DNA of 64,000 nucleotides from Octopus vulgaris (taxonomy: Eukaryota): contig OX597822.1 in NCBI GenBank assembly GCA_951406725.2, positions 26,164,001 through 26,228,000 of the forward strand, given 5' to 3'. The notes under the pieces are model-generated. The model saw only the letters and a list, made by a program, of their open reading frames with translations, was not told the DNA's origin and searched no databases. The position numbers and the translations under genes are program-made. This document shows, one piece after another, positions 21,259 to 36,769 of the stretch (position 1 is its first letter; every line of letters begins with the position of its first letter).

Positions 21259-21762
21259 GCTATTAGTAATAATGATAATAATAATAATTAATTAATTAAT
21301 TAATATTATTATTATTATAATTATTATAATTATTATTATTATTATTATTAATTATAATTTTAGACTACATGCTGACGTATTATTGCCATCGTTGTAATTA
21401 TTGATCTCGTTGTTGTTGTTGTGTTGTTTGGGCCCCAGGTGCACATAAGACCCGGGTTTGTGGTACCGAGGAAGGGAGCCCGCGTTCGCTACCCACCTCG
21501 ACCTGTGACGAAATTATATCACTGATGTATCCACGAGGCTCCAACAAGCTGATGCCCGCCCCATCCCCGAACCACACTTGTCTCGAACTGCATTGACAGC
21601 CATACCACATGCATTGGGATGAAACTGGATCCGGATTCTCAGGAAGGCCACGGCTGAACAGAATCGTGAAAGAAAAAAAAACCCGCCGGGATTATTCCAT
21701 CTTTATTTCAGGCCATTCCGGGCAGTATCTTCCTAACAATTTGTCCCATCGGTATATTTAGA

Positions 21763-23080
<1,318 letters not shown>

Positions 23081-23464
23081 GAACAATTTATAATACTTCG
23101 TGCACGTTTCAAGCCTTGTTAAAGAATGAAGAAGGTAGATGGGTAAAATCTGAATTTGTAAGCTGATGATTTGGGTTGCTTCTCCGAACAACGTGTCGAG
23201 TGACGGTGTTGCAAAGATGGTTCCCTTCTTCTACTCCCAAGATTTGTTTTCGTAGTAGATTTTGATGTAAGTGGTGAAGGTGGTAGAGGTGGTGCTGGTG
23301 GTGCTGGTGGTGGTAGTAGGGGTGGTGGTTATAGCGGTGCACTTTTTCGGGGACCATAATGTTTGTACATTTCTGAAACCTCTCTCTCTCTCTGCATATA
23401 TATATATATATATATATATAAGCATATATATATATAGATATATATATATATATATATATATATA

Positions 23465-23500
<36 letters not shown>

Positions 23501-23554
23501 CATATATATATATATACATACATACACACAAATACACACACATATATTTATTCT

Positions 23555-23716
23555 TTTCTTTTAATTCTTTTATTTGTTTCAGTCAGTTGACTGCGTCCAT
23601 GCTGGAGCACCGCCTTTAGTCGAAAAAATCAACCCCACGACTTATTCTTTGTAAACCTAGTACGTATTCTATCGGTCTCTTTGCGAACCGCTAGGTTACG
23701 GGACGTAAACACACCA

Positions 23717-23720
<4 letters not shown>
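23555..23720 (-). mobile_element. SINE family A, 3' half
   Basis: ttgtttcagtcagttgactgcgtccatgctggagcaccgcc tail. Confidence 0.85.
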
Positions 23721-23749
<29 letters not shown>

Positions 23750-24489
23750 GAGAGAGAGATTTAATGATATGTACAGAATTTTTATAGATAAATATAAATT
23801 TATGTTGTTTTTTTTTTCTTTATTACCATTTCTATGACGACCCACATATCTTTGTTATGAATATAGTGACTTGTACTGTTGAATTTAGTCACATGATCAG
23901 CGAAAGACGTTCGTGAAACTCCGAATAGTAACAGGCAGTAACCTCAGACATACAATAAATGCTTATACGCGACTTCTATACAGGTAGAAGGTTACCACCA
24001 AACTGACATAAACCGTAAAAAGTAGGATCCAAGTCAAACAAATTCTAGATGATGATACGACAGATGACATCATCAGCAAATGAAACTAATGTTGATAGCA
24101 ATGAAATAGCGTTTAACGAAACAATGGCGAACGAGGGAGTTTCTCATTAAGTGATATAGGGCTATGAAGTATGGGTGTTTTATAATGGTAGTGTTGCACA
24201 AAGCTTTGTTTCACAATGCCATGTGACCCAGTCCCTGGTCATGTGAAGAGGATTATTTAACATGGTTGCTTACCTAGTAAAGGCAATTTTGCCTTCTCTC
24301 ATTGATGACACATCGAGGTGCATGAGACTTATGCTTCTTAAAAATACTGCGTTGGAGAAAAAGAAACAGGACATTTATGGCTGGGACGACTTTGGGATCA
24401 GAACTGGGCAGCAGCTCGACAGCAACAACTAGATTAATATAATAAGGTTTTCTTACATAGACACAAGGCCAGAGTTTTGAGAAGACGGA

Positions 24490-24732
24490 GCTGCCAAAAG
24501 CCTAGCCAGGCTCATGGGCCCGGTTTCCGGTTTCAATGGCGTATGTGTTCCCCAGCCGGACGGGACGCCAGTCCATCGCAGCGTTACTCATTTTTGCCAG
24601 CTGAGTGGACTGGGGCAATGTGAAATGAAGTGTTTTGCTCAAAAGCACAACGCGTCGCCCGGTCCAGGAATCGAAACCACAATCTTATGATCATGGTGCT
24701 GACACCCTAACCACTAAGCCTCGCGCCTCCAC
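24490..24732 (-). mobile_element. tRNA-head SINE (family C variant)
   Basis: Head gtggaggcgcgaggcttagtggttaggg, B box ggtttcgattcc, middle gcgatggactggcgtcccgtcc, tail gaaaccggaaaccgggcccatgagcc. Confidence 0.85.
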
Positions 24733-25377
24733 AATTATCAGTACTTTACTTTATTCTATTGATCAGCGGGAAAGTAAAAGGCAACATCGACCTCGGCTAG
24801 ATTTAAACTCAGAACGTTAGGAGTCATCATTAAATGCTTCTTGGCATTTTGTCCAATAATCTAACGATTCTGGCTGTATGGTTAAAAACTTAGCTTAGGT
24901 TCGAGTTCGTTCCCGCTGGGAGTACCTTGGGCAAATGTCTTCTACCATAGCTTAGGAGTCTACGAAAACTTGATGAATGGAAATTGGTAGAAGAAGACTT
25001 CATAGAGCCCACCAAGAGAACCATTCTTAATTTGGGGATTATAGACCTACACTTGACCTCGTTTAAGAATACCACATGATCCTTGTGTGGTTTTAGGGAC
25101 AATATTTATCGAAAAAACATTTGGGAAAACTCTATAAATCTCTATAAATCGTGGTTTCTTCCTACTAATCCAGCCAGGTCTTGGAGACCCTGTAAACAAT
25201 CAATATTGGGCATAAGATAATTTGCTATCGAGCATTCGTGTGTGCAAACTATATCAATAGCAAAAATTAGTTGTAGTTGTTGCTTGTGGTGGATGGCGGT
25301 GGTGGCTGCGGTGGTGGTATTGGTTGTGGCTTTGAGGTTGTTGGAGAGCGGCTTTGTCTTTCTGGCCATTGATAAAA

Positions 25378-25453
<76 letters not shown>

Positions 25454-25471
25454 GCACATACACATACATAC

Positions 25472-25511
<40 letters not shown>

Positions 25512-26065
25512 GAGAGAGAGAGATAAGCATGCATATGTATATATACATATAAATGTATGCATGTATATATGTGTGTGCGTGTGTGCATGTGTGTGTGTGT
25601 GTGTGTGTGAACATTCCATGCTACCATGTAATTATTATTTAGGAAGTCTGCACATAAATCCAGCATAGCTTTAAGCCGGGTTAAATACAGACGTGGATCT
25701 GAAAGAAACCACTTAGAAATTAATCCAGGATAATAGATATTTAACAATTACGGTACTTGGGATGTCTCACATTTTGCACGTAAACACATACATACATACC
25801 CAGAAGAAAACAGAAAGATAAAAAGAGAGAGGGGGGAAGGAGAGAGCGGGGAAGGAGAGAGCGGGAGAAACAAAAACGAAGACAAAGAAAGGGAAGGGGG
25901 AGATAGAGTGAGAGCATCGGATAGATTGCCTTGCCTCTTTTCTCTGCGCACCGAGTTCAAATCAGGCCGGGGTCAACTTTGCCCTTCGTCCTTTCGAGTT
26001 ACAGTATTATTGAATTAAGTTACACAGAACTATGTAACATCCTTTCAAGGCCGTTATATAATACT

Positions 26066-26296
26066 TACTTCTTTATTACCCACAAGGGGCTAAACATAGA
26101 GGGGACAATCAAGGACAGGCATAGGTATTAAGTCGATTACATCGACCCCAGTGCAAACTGGTACTTAATTTATCGACCCCGAAAGGATGAAAGGCAAAGT
26201 CGACCTCGGCGGAATTTGAACTCAGAACGTAGCAGCAGACGAATACGGCTCCGCATTTCGCCCGGCGCGCTAACCTTTCTGCCAGCTCGCCGCCTT
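26066..26296 (-). mobile_element. SINE family B monomer with tail1 and TSD
   Basis: TSD TTATATAATACT at 26054-26065 and 26295-26306. Confidence 0.92.
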
Positions 26297-26771
26297 ATAT
26301 AATACTGTGTAACTTCATCTTTTTCCTAGGGTAGCAAATGTTATTTTATATTTGCTTACCCCAAGAAAGTATGAAAAATGGCTATTTCCTTCAAACTTTG
26401 CTTTTGTTACATATAATCTTCCACGACTCCTGTTCACAAAAAGTCACAAAAGCAAAGTTTGAAGGGTATAGTTACTCACTAACACTTACTGACCAGAAAC
26501 AAATAAATAAGTAAAATTTGTTACACAGTGTAATAAACCAATCCAGCACTGAGACTGATACTCGCTGTTTTGTTTCTGTCTGTCTGAGACCTGAGGAGGG
26601 ATAGACTCTTCAAAGGTCTAAAGATGTTCAAGCCATGTCGCTTGTGACGACGGCACCGCTGCACCTCAATCGGGGTAACCGTGAAAAAAATTCGTCCTTT
26701 AATTGGAGTAGTTTCCAAAAGATTTCGAACGTTGATTCTTCATACTCTGCTTTAGATTTACTGCTGTAAAA

Positions 26772-27188
26772 TTATTTCTTTACTACCCACAAGGGGCTAA
26801 ACACAGAGAGGACAAACAATGACAGACAAACGGATTATGTCGATTACATCGACCCCAGTACGTAACTGGTACTTAATTTATCGACCCGAAAGGATGAAAG
26901 ACAAAGTCGACCTCGGCAGAATTTGAACTCAGAATGTACCGGCTGACGAAATACCTATTTCTTTATTACCCACAAGGGGTTAAACATAGAGGGGACAAAC
27001 AAGGACAGACATAGGTATTAAGTCGATTACATCGACCCCAGTGCGTAACTGGTACTTAATTTATCGACCCCGAAAGGATGAAAGGCAAAGTCGACCTCGG
27101 CGGAATTTGAACTTACAACGTTGCACCAGACGAAATACCGCTAAGCATTTCGCCCGGCGTGCTAACGTTTCTGCCAGCTCGCCGCCTT
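26772..27188 (-). mobile_element. SINE family B dimer (tail1, tail1) within one TSD pair
   Basis: TACTGCTGTAAAA on both sides (26759-26771 and 27190-27202); internal junction tail1|ggtatttcgtc. Confidence 0.92.
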
Positions 27189-28099
27189 GTACTGCTGTAA
27201 AATGGCGCAGATATGAAAAGTTATATAAATATATTAAGTATATGATTTAAGTTATACACACACATGCATGTGCTCGCGCGCGCGCGTGTGTGTGTGTGTG
27301 TGTGTTGATCTCAATGCGATTTGAAATCATAAAGTAAAGAACCTGGAAGAAATGCTGCGAAACATTTTGTCCGGCTCTCTAACGATTCAAACAGTTTGTC
27401 TTTGCAGAACATTGTAATAATTCTTTCCAATTTTGGTAGAAGGGTAGCAATTTTGAGGGAAGGGGTAACTCGATTACATCAACTGGAACTTATTTTATCG
27501 ACTCCCAAAGGATAAAAGGCAAAGTCAACACGCTAGAATTTGAATTCAGAAATTAAAAAGAAAGCCAAAGGAAATACTGGTAAGCATGTTATCTGACGCT
27601 CGACACCTTTTAGAATCTACCAGCTCACCACCTTTCAAAGGATTACAATAATCCTTTCTGCTAAAAGCTAGTCGATTACATCGACCCCTTTGCGCAACAG
27701 TACATATTTTAATCAATTCCGGACTCAGAATACGAAGACAGACGAAATGCCGCAAAGAATTTTATCGGGTGTGCTAACGATTCTGCCAGCCTTTCAGAAC
27801 ATTATAATAGTAAGAAATAAGTGACATTAAAAGAACTAATAATCTAAAAATATTTGTATTTCCTCTGGTTTGTCTCTCATTCCACAGCAATAGTCAAAAC
27901 ACCAGTGCATATGTTGGCTCCCTTTTTGTGTTTTACAGAAACTCACAGCTGTGTTCTTCCTGTACGTACACGAGTATTTCTTGATCATGTAATTGTTTTT
28001 GGCATTTTTCATTGCTACGCTGCAGAGTCAGTAACACGTGAAACAGATGCGAAAGCATGTTTGAACTTCGTCTACATGTAGCTTTGTATATATTTATGT

Positions 28100-28157
<58 letters not shown>

Positions 28158-28250
28158 AGGGATTGAGAGAGAAAGAGAGAGAGAGGATATGGAATGTTCA
28201 GAATTATGTAGTCATACTATAAATATGTATCTATACATCAATCGCTCTTG

Positions 28251-28348
<98 letters not shown>

Positions 28349-28796
28349 CACACACGTTTTTTTTGGGGCGGTAGAATTGTACATAGATAAAGGTATGAAT
28401 AATTCTTATTAATTTTGGGACAAAGCCAAAAATTTTGAGGGTGAGAGGACAATCCGATTACAGTGATCCCTGAGCTAAAATGGCACTTAATTTATCGACC
28501 CCGAAAGTGGGATTAAAGGCAAAGCCGACCTCTGTGACATTTGAGCTTAGAACGTAAAGCAGGAAGTAATACTGCTTGGCATTTTGTCCGATGTAATAGC
28601 GATCCTTCCAGCTCGATGCCTTAGATAAAGCTATAAATAATAACATGTGGAATATTGGGAGGCCTTCGATATTTTACATCCATGGGTTTTTATTATCTCA
28701 AAATTCTATGGGCTGTGATTTATAGCTTTATCTACATCGAGTTCCACCGTTAAGAAAAAAACAAACGATTTCATATCTAAGTTTCTAAATTCTCAT

Positions 28797-28797
<1 letters not shown>

Positions 28798-28886
<89 letters not shown>
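28798..28886. repeat. (AGAT)n microsatellite
   Basis: Directly visible. Confidence 0.95.
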
Positions 28887-30388
28887 TTATATACATGTGC
28901 TATGTATGTATAGAAATACATACATACATACTCTCTCTCACTCCCTCGTTCCCTTTCTTCCTTATCGACCGTGTTGTCATTGATTTTTGAGGAAACCTAT
29001 ACTCAGTGTTCCAATTGCGACCATTCCTTGTTTTTCGTTGTATCAAGGAAAATGTTCTAGTGGGATTTGAAGGAAGGTGCGTAGCCTTAGGGTTACAACT
29101 CACGGTTCATAACCACAAAATTGTGGGTTCAACCCTAACCCTAACCCGGACCGGGTGGCACAATATGTCCTTAAGCAAGGTATGTCATTTCATGTTGCTC
29201 CAGTCTACTCGTCAGTGACTTAGTGGTTCGGCAAAAGAGAACGGTAGAATAAGTACCTGACTTTTAAAAAATGAGGTCCTGGGAGTGACTCATTCGTCCA
29301 AAAAATTCTCCAAGATAGTGCTCCAGCATGGCCGCAGTCTAATGACAAAAGATATAAACGTTTCAGATGATGTAGATTACGATTTTGTCGAAATTTGATG
29401 TAAAAAATTTGAGAGTGGGGTTGGATAATTCAAACACCTCGACTTTGTTTCCTCATATGTTTTGATGAGATATATGAATTATACACCTAACACATTTTTT
29501 TTTATATTTTTGCATCTGAGTTGTATTGAGAACTTTATCTTTTAATTTTAACTTGTTTCAGTCGTTTGACTGTGGCCATGCTGGGGCACCGCTTTGAATA
29601 GTTTTTAGTCGAACAAATCGACCTCAGGACTTACTTTTAAAGCCTGACATTTATTCAACAGGCCATCTCTTTTGCCGAACCGCTTAGTTACGGGGACGTA
29701 ATACACCAACACTGGTTGTCAAGCGGTGGTGGGGGACCGCTGGCATTCTAACAGTGAACACTGTTCTTCTAGCGCTCTTAGAATATTTCCTCGTGTAGGC
29801 CAGCATTAAGGCCCTCATTGTCTGTTTTTTGGTTTGTTTTATTTCTTGTACTGTATTTTTCGTACTTGTAATTTTATTCTGTATTTTTACTTTTTGTATT
29901 TTTATTTTGTATTTATTTTGTAATTTTATTTGTATCGTTTTTACGTCCTGGTTTTGTCACATGTTTAACTTTCCTTGTTTTTACCCCTCTGCGAAGTAAT
30001 TTTATTTAATTCCTTCGCAGGAAGGACTAGTTCCACGAGTCGTGTTCTGTCCTCACCTTCGAAACACGCTGGAGTTGAACTAGGGACAGCTGATGATAGG
30101 GGATTTTTCCTTGTGTAGTTTATCTTGTACTCTGTTTTTTTCGTTTAGGTCCGTTTCCACGTTTGTTTTTACGTTTTCGTTTCTCGTTGAGTTCTACGTC
30201 TATTTGTGGTGTCCTGTACTCACGTATATATATTCATATATGCATGTATATATACATGTAGATGTAGGTACGTACATATATGTATGTATGTATGCATATA
30301 TTTTATTTCTTACACTATTGTATGACTGAGCGCCCTCGCGTCGATTCGATTCGTTTCGTTTCGTTTCATCTCCTCCAAGTAAGTTTTG

Positions 30389-30431
<43 letters not shown>

Positions 30432-30434
<3 letters not shown>

Positions 30435-30592
30435 CGAGCTTCTTTCAGTTTCCGTCCACTAAATCCACTCACAAGGCTTTGGTCGACCCAAGGCTATAGT
30501 AGAAGACACGTGCCCAAGGTGCCACGCAGGGGGACTGAACCCTGAACCATATGGTTGGGAAGCAAGCTTCTTATCACACAACCACGCCAGCC
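30432..30592 (-). mobile_element. SINE family A, 5' half
   Basis: aaatccactcacaaggctttggtcgacc...ggggactgaacc. Confidence 0.85.
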
Positions 30593-31135
30593 TTTTTTGA
30601 AAATTGTATTTTAAAATATTCATTTTCCAGATACCAACCGATTCTCGCTTGCGAGTGACGGGTGGGTATACTTATAGCACTTGGAGGAGATTTGGCTAAG
30701 AGACATGCCGAGTAGTTCGTCACCACTGTCATTACTTCTGTTGCGGTTTTTGTTCTTCCTTCTAAAAATACAGTCTTCTTTCCAGAAACACTCTTCTACC
30801 ATATTATGTCATACTTGTATTCATTTGAATGACATTCAAAAGTCGAACATCTCCATTACTAAAGAAACAGGAAAAAAATTGTATAAGACATGACAGCAAG
30901 AGATTAGGTTTAACAAAAAGTGTGTGTATAATGAGATTGCATAAATCGTTCGCTACTTACCGCTTCAATCTATTTCTTTTTTTTTTTTGCCATTTATTTA
31001 TTTATTTATCTATTTATTTTCTAGGCAATTAAACTTTGTCGCATTCATTTAGTTCCAAAATCGGTTTTCATTCACCAAAACAGTTAGCTGCTGGATTGTA
31101 TTAACAAAAAAGGAGAAGGGTGGATTATAAACAGT

Positions 31136-31203
<68 letters not shown>

Positions 31204-31207
<4 letters not shown>

Positions 31208-31464
31208 TTTATTTAAAGCAGCAGAAAATTCAACAAAACCTGTTACTCTGAGTTTCCCGTCGCCGTTCATCGGACAGTTTTTGCTACTTACCGCTTCAAT
31301 CTATGTCTCTTTTATTTTTTGCCATTTATTTATGAACGGCAACGGGAAACTCAAAGTAACAGGTTTTGTTGAATTTTCTGCTGCTTTAAATAAAGCATAT
31401 CACTCTAGCACTGGTATTTGAGTACTCTTTTTTCCACCTTGTTTCACATTTATGTGTTTACACC

Positions 31465-31465
<1 letters not shown>
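31204..31465. mobile_element. Penelope-like terminal-repeat remnant in inverted arrangement
   Basis: Inverted arms 31204-31270 and 31332-31398, hammerhead-like core, embedded between (TA)n tracts; family assignment is inferred. Confidence 0.55.
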
Positions 31466-31527
<62 letters not shown>

Positions 31528-31531
<4 letters not shown>

Positions 31532-31734
31532 TTTTATTCTTTTACTTGTTTCAGTCATTTGACTGTGGCCATGCTGGAGCACCGCCTTTAGCCGAGCAAA
31601 TCGATCCCAGGACTTATTCTTTGTAAGCCTAGTACTTATTCTATCGGTCTCTTTTGCCGAACCGCTAAGTTACGGGGACGTAAACACACCAGCATCGGTT
31701 GTCAAGTGATGCTGGGGGGACAAACACAGACACA

Positions 31735-31813
<79 letters not shown>

Positions 31814-31977
31814 GACGGGTTTCTTTCAGTTTCCGTCTACCAAATCCACTCCCAAGGGTTTGGTCGGCTCGAGGCTATAGTAGAAGACACTTGCCCAAGG
31901 TGCTACGCAGTGGGACTGAACCCAGAACCATGTGGTTGGTAAGTAAGCTACTTACCACACAGCCACTCCTACGCCTA
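31528..31977 (-). mobile_element. SINE family A, full length
   Basis: Reverse-complement match to 5435-5840 with an expanded internal (TA)n(TG)n tract. Confidence 0.92.
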
Positions 31978-31993
31978 TGTCATGGAGAAAATA

Positions 31994-32333
31994 GTTGGGA
32001 CCTCCTTCGGTCACGACACTGACCATGGGATTGCACCTAGAAAATTACCCTCCTAGTCACAAGTCTGGGCAAGGTGGTTTATGGAAGGCCAGCAGTCGCC
32101 CATGCATACCGGCCTCCCCTCTCCACGCCACCAGTGTTATCCAAGGGAAAGGCAACAGCCGATACAGCTAGGCACCTGTGACGTCGTAACTCATTTCTAC
32201 AGCTGAGTGAACTGGAGCAACGTGAAATAAAGTGTCTTGCTCAAGAACACAACACACAGCCCGGACCAGGATTCGAGCTCACAACCTCACGATCGTAAGC
32301 TCGATGCTCTAACCACTGAGCCATGTGCCTTCA
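31994..32333 (-). mobile_element. tRNA-head SINE (family C-type head, distinct tail) with 13-bp TSD
   Basis: TSD CATGGAGAAAATA at 31981-31993 and 32334-32346; A box TGGCTCAGTGG, B box GCTCGAATCC. Confidence 0.92.
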
Positions 32334-33228
32334 CATGGAGAAAATATCTCAGTGAAAATTGAGTGAACTGGTAACAAGTTTGTATTTTCTATTCACGTCA
32401 CTGTTTAGCGCTGTGAACCCGTAGAATATGTATTATATGCGCGTGTACACACACACACACACTAGCGTAGATGATGCATTCTTGTGGATTTATAAAATGG
32501 CCTATACTATTTCATAACGAATTCTAACATAGGCACAAGACCACTCTTAATTTTTTTTCTTTTATTGAAGTATGATGTGAGTACAGTCGATCTAAATGCC
32601 TAACGTGTATGTACGTTATCAACTCCGGAAGTACCATTTGCGTACTGGAGTCGATCTACTTGACTGGCCCCTCCCCCAAAATTTCGGTCCTTGTGCCTAG
32701 AGTAGAAAAGAATTTGGAATCTTAACCGAGCCACGAACTCGTATTGAGAGAAATTGATTGGCACAGCGTTCGCCAGGATGCTGGTGCATATTCACTATGT
32801 AGATGATATTGTTTAATATCTCAAAACAACTGAGATCGAACAGAGATGATCTAGAAGTAAATCTATAAATTACATTCCAAATGTATCGCTGGCAGAATCG
32901 TTAGCACGCCTGCAAAATGCTCAGCGGCATTCCGTCCGTCGATATGTTCTGAGTTCAAATTCCACCGTGGTCAACTTTGCCTTTCATCCTTTCGGGGTCG
33001 ATAAAATTAAGTACCGGGGTCGATGTAATCGACTTACTCCTGCCCCAAATTTGCTGGCCATGCGCCAAAATTTGAAACCAGAACCATATAGTTGGGAAAC
33101 AAGCTTCTTACCACGCAGCTATGCCTGAACTTTTTAACAAAAGTTGTGAATTTACATTGCAAGTTAATGATTTCCTTGTGATTGATCAGATCTCTTATTT
33201 TAATAACCATTATTAGTTTTATCATGTA

Positions 33229-33623
33229 CTAGCAGTATCGCCCGGCGTTGCTCGGGTTTGTAAGGGAAATAATTATACAGCATTTTTAGAGAGTTATAGC
33301 AAAAAAATAGCAAAAAAATGCATTAAAAATAGAAAAAATATGATGGTAAATTTTTTTTTAAATCGTTGACTCATCGTAGACATTTTTAGAGAGTTACTTC
33401 CCTTTAAAAAAATATGCATGAAAATGGAAAAAAAATGATGGTAAATTATTTTTTAAATCGTAGACTCATCGTAGACGCGCGCTAATACCCAGAAGGGCTC
33501 GATATGAATCACGACTATAAGATACCCGGTTTTGGTTAAACTGCACCGCAAAATGTGGGAGTAGTTAGGAATCTAAATCGAAGGGGACAGACACTCACAC
33601 AACTACAGTTTTATATATAAAGA
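33229..33623 (-). mobile_element. Non-autonomous Helitron
   Basis: Minus strand begins TC (A|TCTTTATATATAAAA) and ends with hairpin CCCGAGCAACGCCGGG followed by CTAG|T; inserted in an AT dinucleotide with no TSD; internal duplications. Confidence 0.85.
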
Positions 33624-33946
33624 TAATTAGTACTTTATGCTACAACACTGCTCCCCTCCTCACCTCCTAAAGCCTAATGCCCTCTTCGACATGCCCAGCG
33701 CCCCTTTGTGGGAGGTAACGCCCACATTGAGAACCTCTGATGTTGAGGCATCTCGCGTAGAGTATTCATCAATACTGTGTTTGTTATGTAATAAAAGTCA
33801 AAAAATATTTCCAAACCTAAAACAGAATAACTCTTGTCAATATACTCTCCTGTAGACAGTAACAAGAATATCAAAGTTGCAAATTGCCAGAAAACCTACT
33901 TTCCTCTTCTAAAACCAAACTGGTCGACGTGCGCTAACACACACAC

Positions 33947-33993
<47 letters not shown>

Positions 33994-34005
33994 TGTTATA
34001 TACAC

Positions 34006-34118
<113 letters not shown>

Positions 34119-34129
34119 TATATATATAC

Positions 34130-34170
<41 letters not shown>

Positions 34171-34807
34171 AAGAAATAACATTTTGTTATTTAGGTATGA
34201 AAGTGTTTCACAAATCGAGTGGAAAAGACACAATGCGATGCCAACAGCAACGGAATTCAATCAGAACATCGGGGAAAAAAATCCTTTTCTGAGTTTGTTT
34301 TGGCTCTATAAGTTCTGGTTTCAAATCCCGCTGAGGCAAACTTTACCTTTAATTCTTTCCTGGTCGATTGATTAGCGTCCGTCAGGGGCTGAGATCTATT
34401 TAATTGACTAACTCGTTACCTGAAGTATCCTGGCCTTGCGCTGAAATTATTATGAAACTGTTATTATGAAGGGCGGGATCTTGTAGAAACATTAGCACGA
34501 CGGGGAAAATGCTTATCGGCAATTCTTCCGGCTTTTTACATTCCGAGTTCAAATTCCGTCAAAGTCAGGTTTGCCTTTCGTCTTTTCCGGGTCGATAAAA
34601 TAAATATCAATTGAGCATTGTGGTCGACATAATAGATTCCCCGCTGCCCTCAAAAATTTTCTGGTCTCGTGTCAAAATTAGAAAAAACTATTAGTACGGT
34701 GCTGAGTTGGCAAAATCGTTACAGCTTCGGGAAAATTCTCTTGTAGTACTCGTTCCGACTCTTCACATTCTGAATTCAAACCCCGCCGGTGTTAACTTTG
34801 CCATATA

Positions 34808-35118
34808 TGTTGTTGTTTGTTCCTTCTCGAGCCACGCCTGGCTCATTAGGGGCGGTTACCCGGTTTCCTTGGCGTATAGGTTCCCCACCTGGACGGAACG
34901 CCGGTCCATCGCAGGTGAGCTGCAAAATGCAGGAGGAAAGAGTGAGAAAAAGTTGTGGCGAAAGAGTCAGCAGAAGTTCGCCATTACCTTCTGCCGGAGC
35001 CACGTAGAGCTTAGGTGTTTCGCTCATAAATACACACACATCGCCCGGTCCGAGATTAGAACCCGCGATCCTTCGACCGCGAGTTCACTGTTCTAACCAC
35101 TAGGCCATGTACCTCCAC
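34808..35118 (-). mobile_element. SINE family C with (AAC)n tail, nested in an old SINE B
   Basis: Matches 41925-42166 and 45594-45898. Confidence 0.88.
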
Positions 35119-35809
35119 ACTGAGGTTTATGGAACCGACTAATGACTCGTCCCCTTGAAATTGCTAAGCTTGTCGCTAAATTAAAAAAACAATAGGCCGC
35201 AGAGCCGGCACAATGGTTTGAGCGTTTGAAAAATGCCTTGTGACATTTGTTCCGGCTCTTTACGTTTTGAGTTCAAATCGCACAGGGGTTAAGTTTGCCT
35301 TGCAGTAGCAGTCAAGTCCAGGAGTCAGTGATATAAACTAACCAACCCGCCTCAAATTGCTGGCTTTGTACCGAAATCAGAAACCTATATTAATTATCAT
35401 ATTCTTCTGTGTCTCCTCCACAATCACCTCCATCCGTTCCTGGCGTTATTTGGACTCAGAATGTTCATAATCAAGAGAATAACGCAAAATGTTTTTTTTT
35501 TCCAATACTGGCAGTTTTGTCCGGTCTCTGAATTAGGCATTAGACCAGCAATTTTGGGGAGGATTTGACGAGTGCATCAACCCTAATACCATAACTAATA
35601 GTCTTTTCTATTGTAGGCACAGGGCCTCAGATTTTGTGGGAGGGGAGCTAGTGGATTATATTGACTTCAGTGCTCAACTGGTACTTACTTCATAGACCCT
35701 GAGAGGATGAAAGTCAAAGTCAACCTCAGCGGAATTTGAACTTAGAGCGTAAAGCCGGACGGAATATCGCTCAGAATTCACAGGCTATAGACTGCGTGCT
35801 AACGATTCT

Positions 35810-36050
35810 TATTTCTTATTTCTTTATTGCCCACAAGGGGCTAGGCACAGAGAGAACAAACAAGGACGGACAAACGGAATGAGTCGATTACATCGACCCC
35901 AGTGCGTAATTGGTTCTTAATTTATCGACTCCGAAAGGATGAAAGGCAAAGTCGACCTCGGCGGAATTTGAACTCAGAACGTAGCGGCAGACGAAATACT
36001 GCTAAGCATTATCGCCCGGTGTGCAAACGGTTATGCCAGCTTGCCGCATT
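35810..36050 (-). mobile_element. SINE family B with tail1, joined to AGAATCGTTAGCACGC and an older SINE B body
   Basis: Tail (aagaaat)n is directly followed on the minus strand by the 16-mer at 35794-35809. Confidence 0.88.
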
Positions 36051-36769
36051 CGTATCACCACTCATAATAACAGTCTTTAATTTTCTTGTTTTTTTTGTTT
36101 TGTTTTTTTTACTAATAGAAATAGTGGATTTTACTGACAAAGCTGCGAAAAACAAAGTCAGAAGGAAGTGAATTATTATAAAGAAAATTAGGAAAAAATG
36201 GGGATTAACACAGATCTATACATCAGGGAATAAATAATGAAATATATTTTGTCGTAATAATGATAGAAGGTGCCTTTGATCTTAGTCCTAAACCGGTTTC
36301 TAACGATAATAAAATAGCTATTTTAAACCATTCTCAATTACAAATAATGTTACTATGGTGATAAGAAAATATAATTGAAAAAAAAAATTAAGGAAAAAAA
36401 CGTAAGTGTACACAAAACGTTACAAAACAACTGGATTTAACTCTTCTATTGAGAGTAATGAAAGAAAGAAAAGGATAGGAAAATGAACATTAACTCGGTT
36501 TTGCGCAGTTGTGTGTGTGTGTGCGCGCGCGCAATTATTCCATCTTGGATTCTGTTTATAACGTGTATAAATTAACTTAATGCTTGTATTAGTAAGTCTT
36601 CGCCGTTTTACTTTATCATAGGCAAATAGCATTATTACGGTGTTGATCTTTTTTCTAAATCATAGCAATATTGTGAACTTCAAACGTGGAAGCTTAGTTA
36701 AATAATGAATACGTATATATTCTTTTATGTATGTATGTACACATATATGTGTGTATATACATATACATA

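Noticed and set aside
27041-27250. Recurrent ORF MRNWYLIYRPRKDERQSRPRRNLNSER (also 35902, 43231, 51304) that looks like a gene family
   Set aside because: It is the antisense translation of SINE B, not a protein family.
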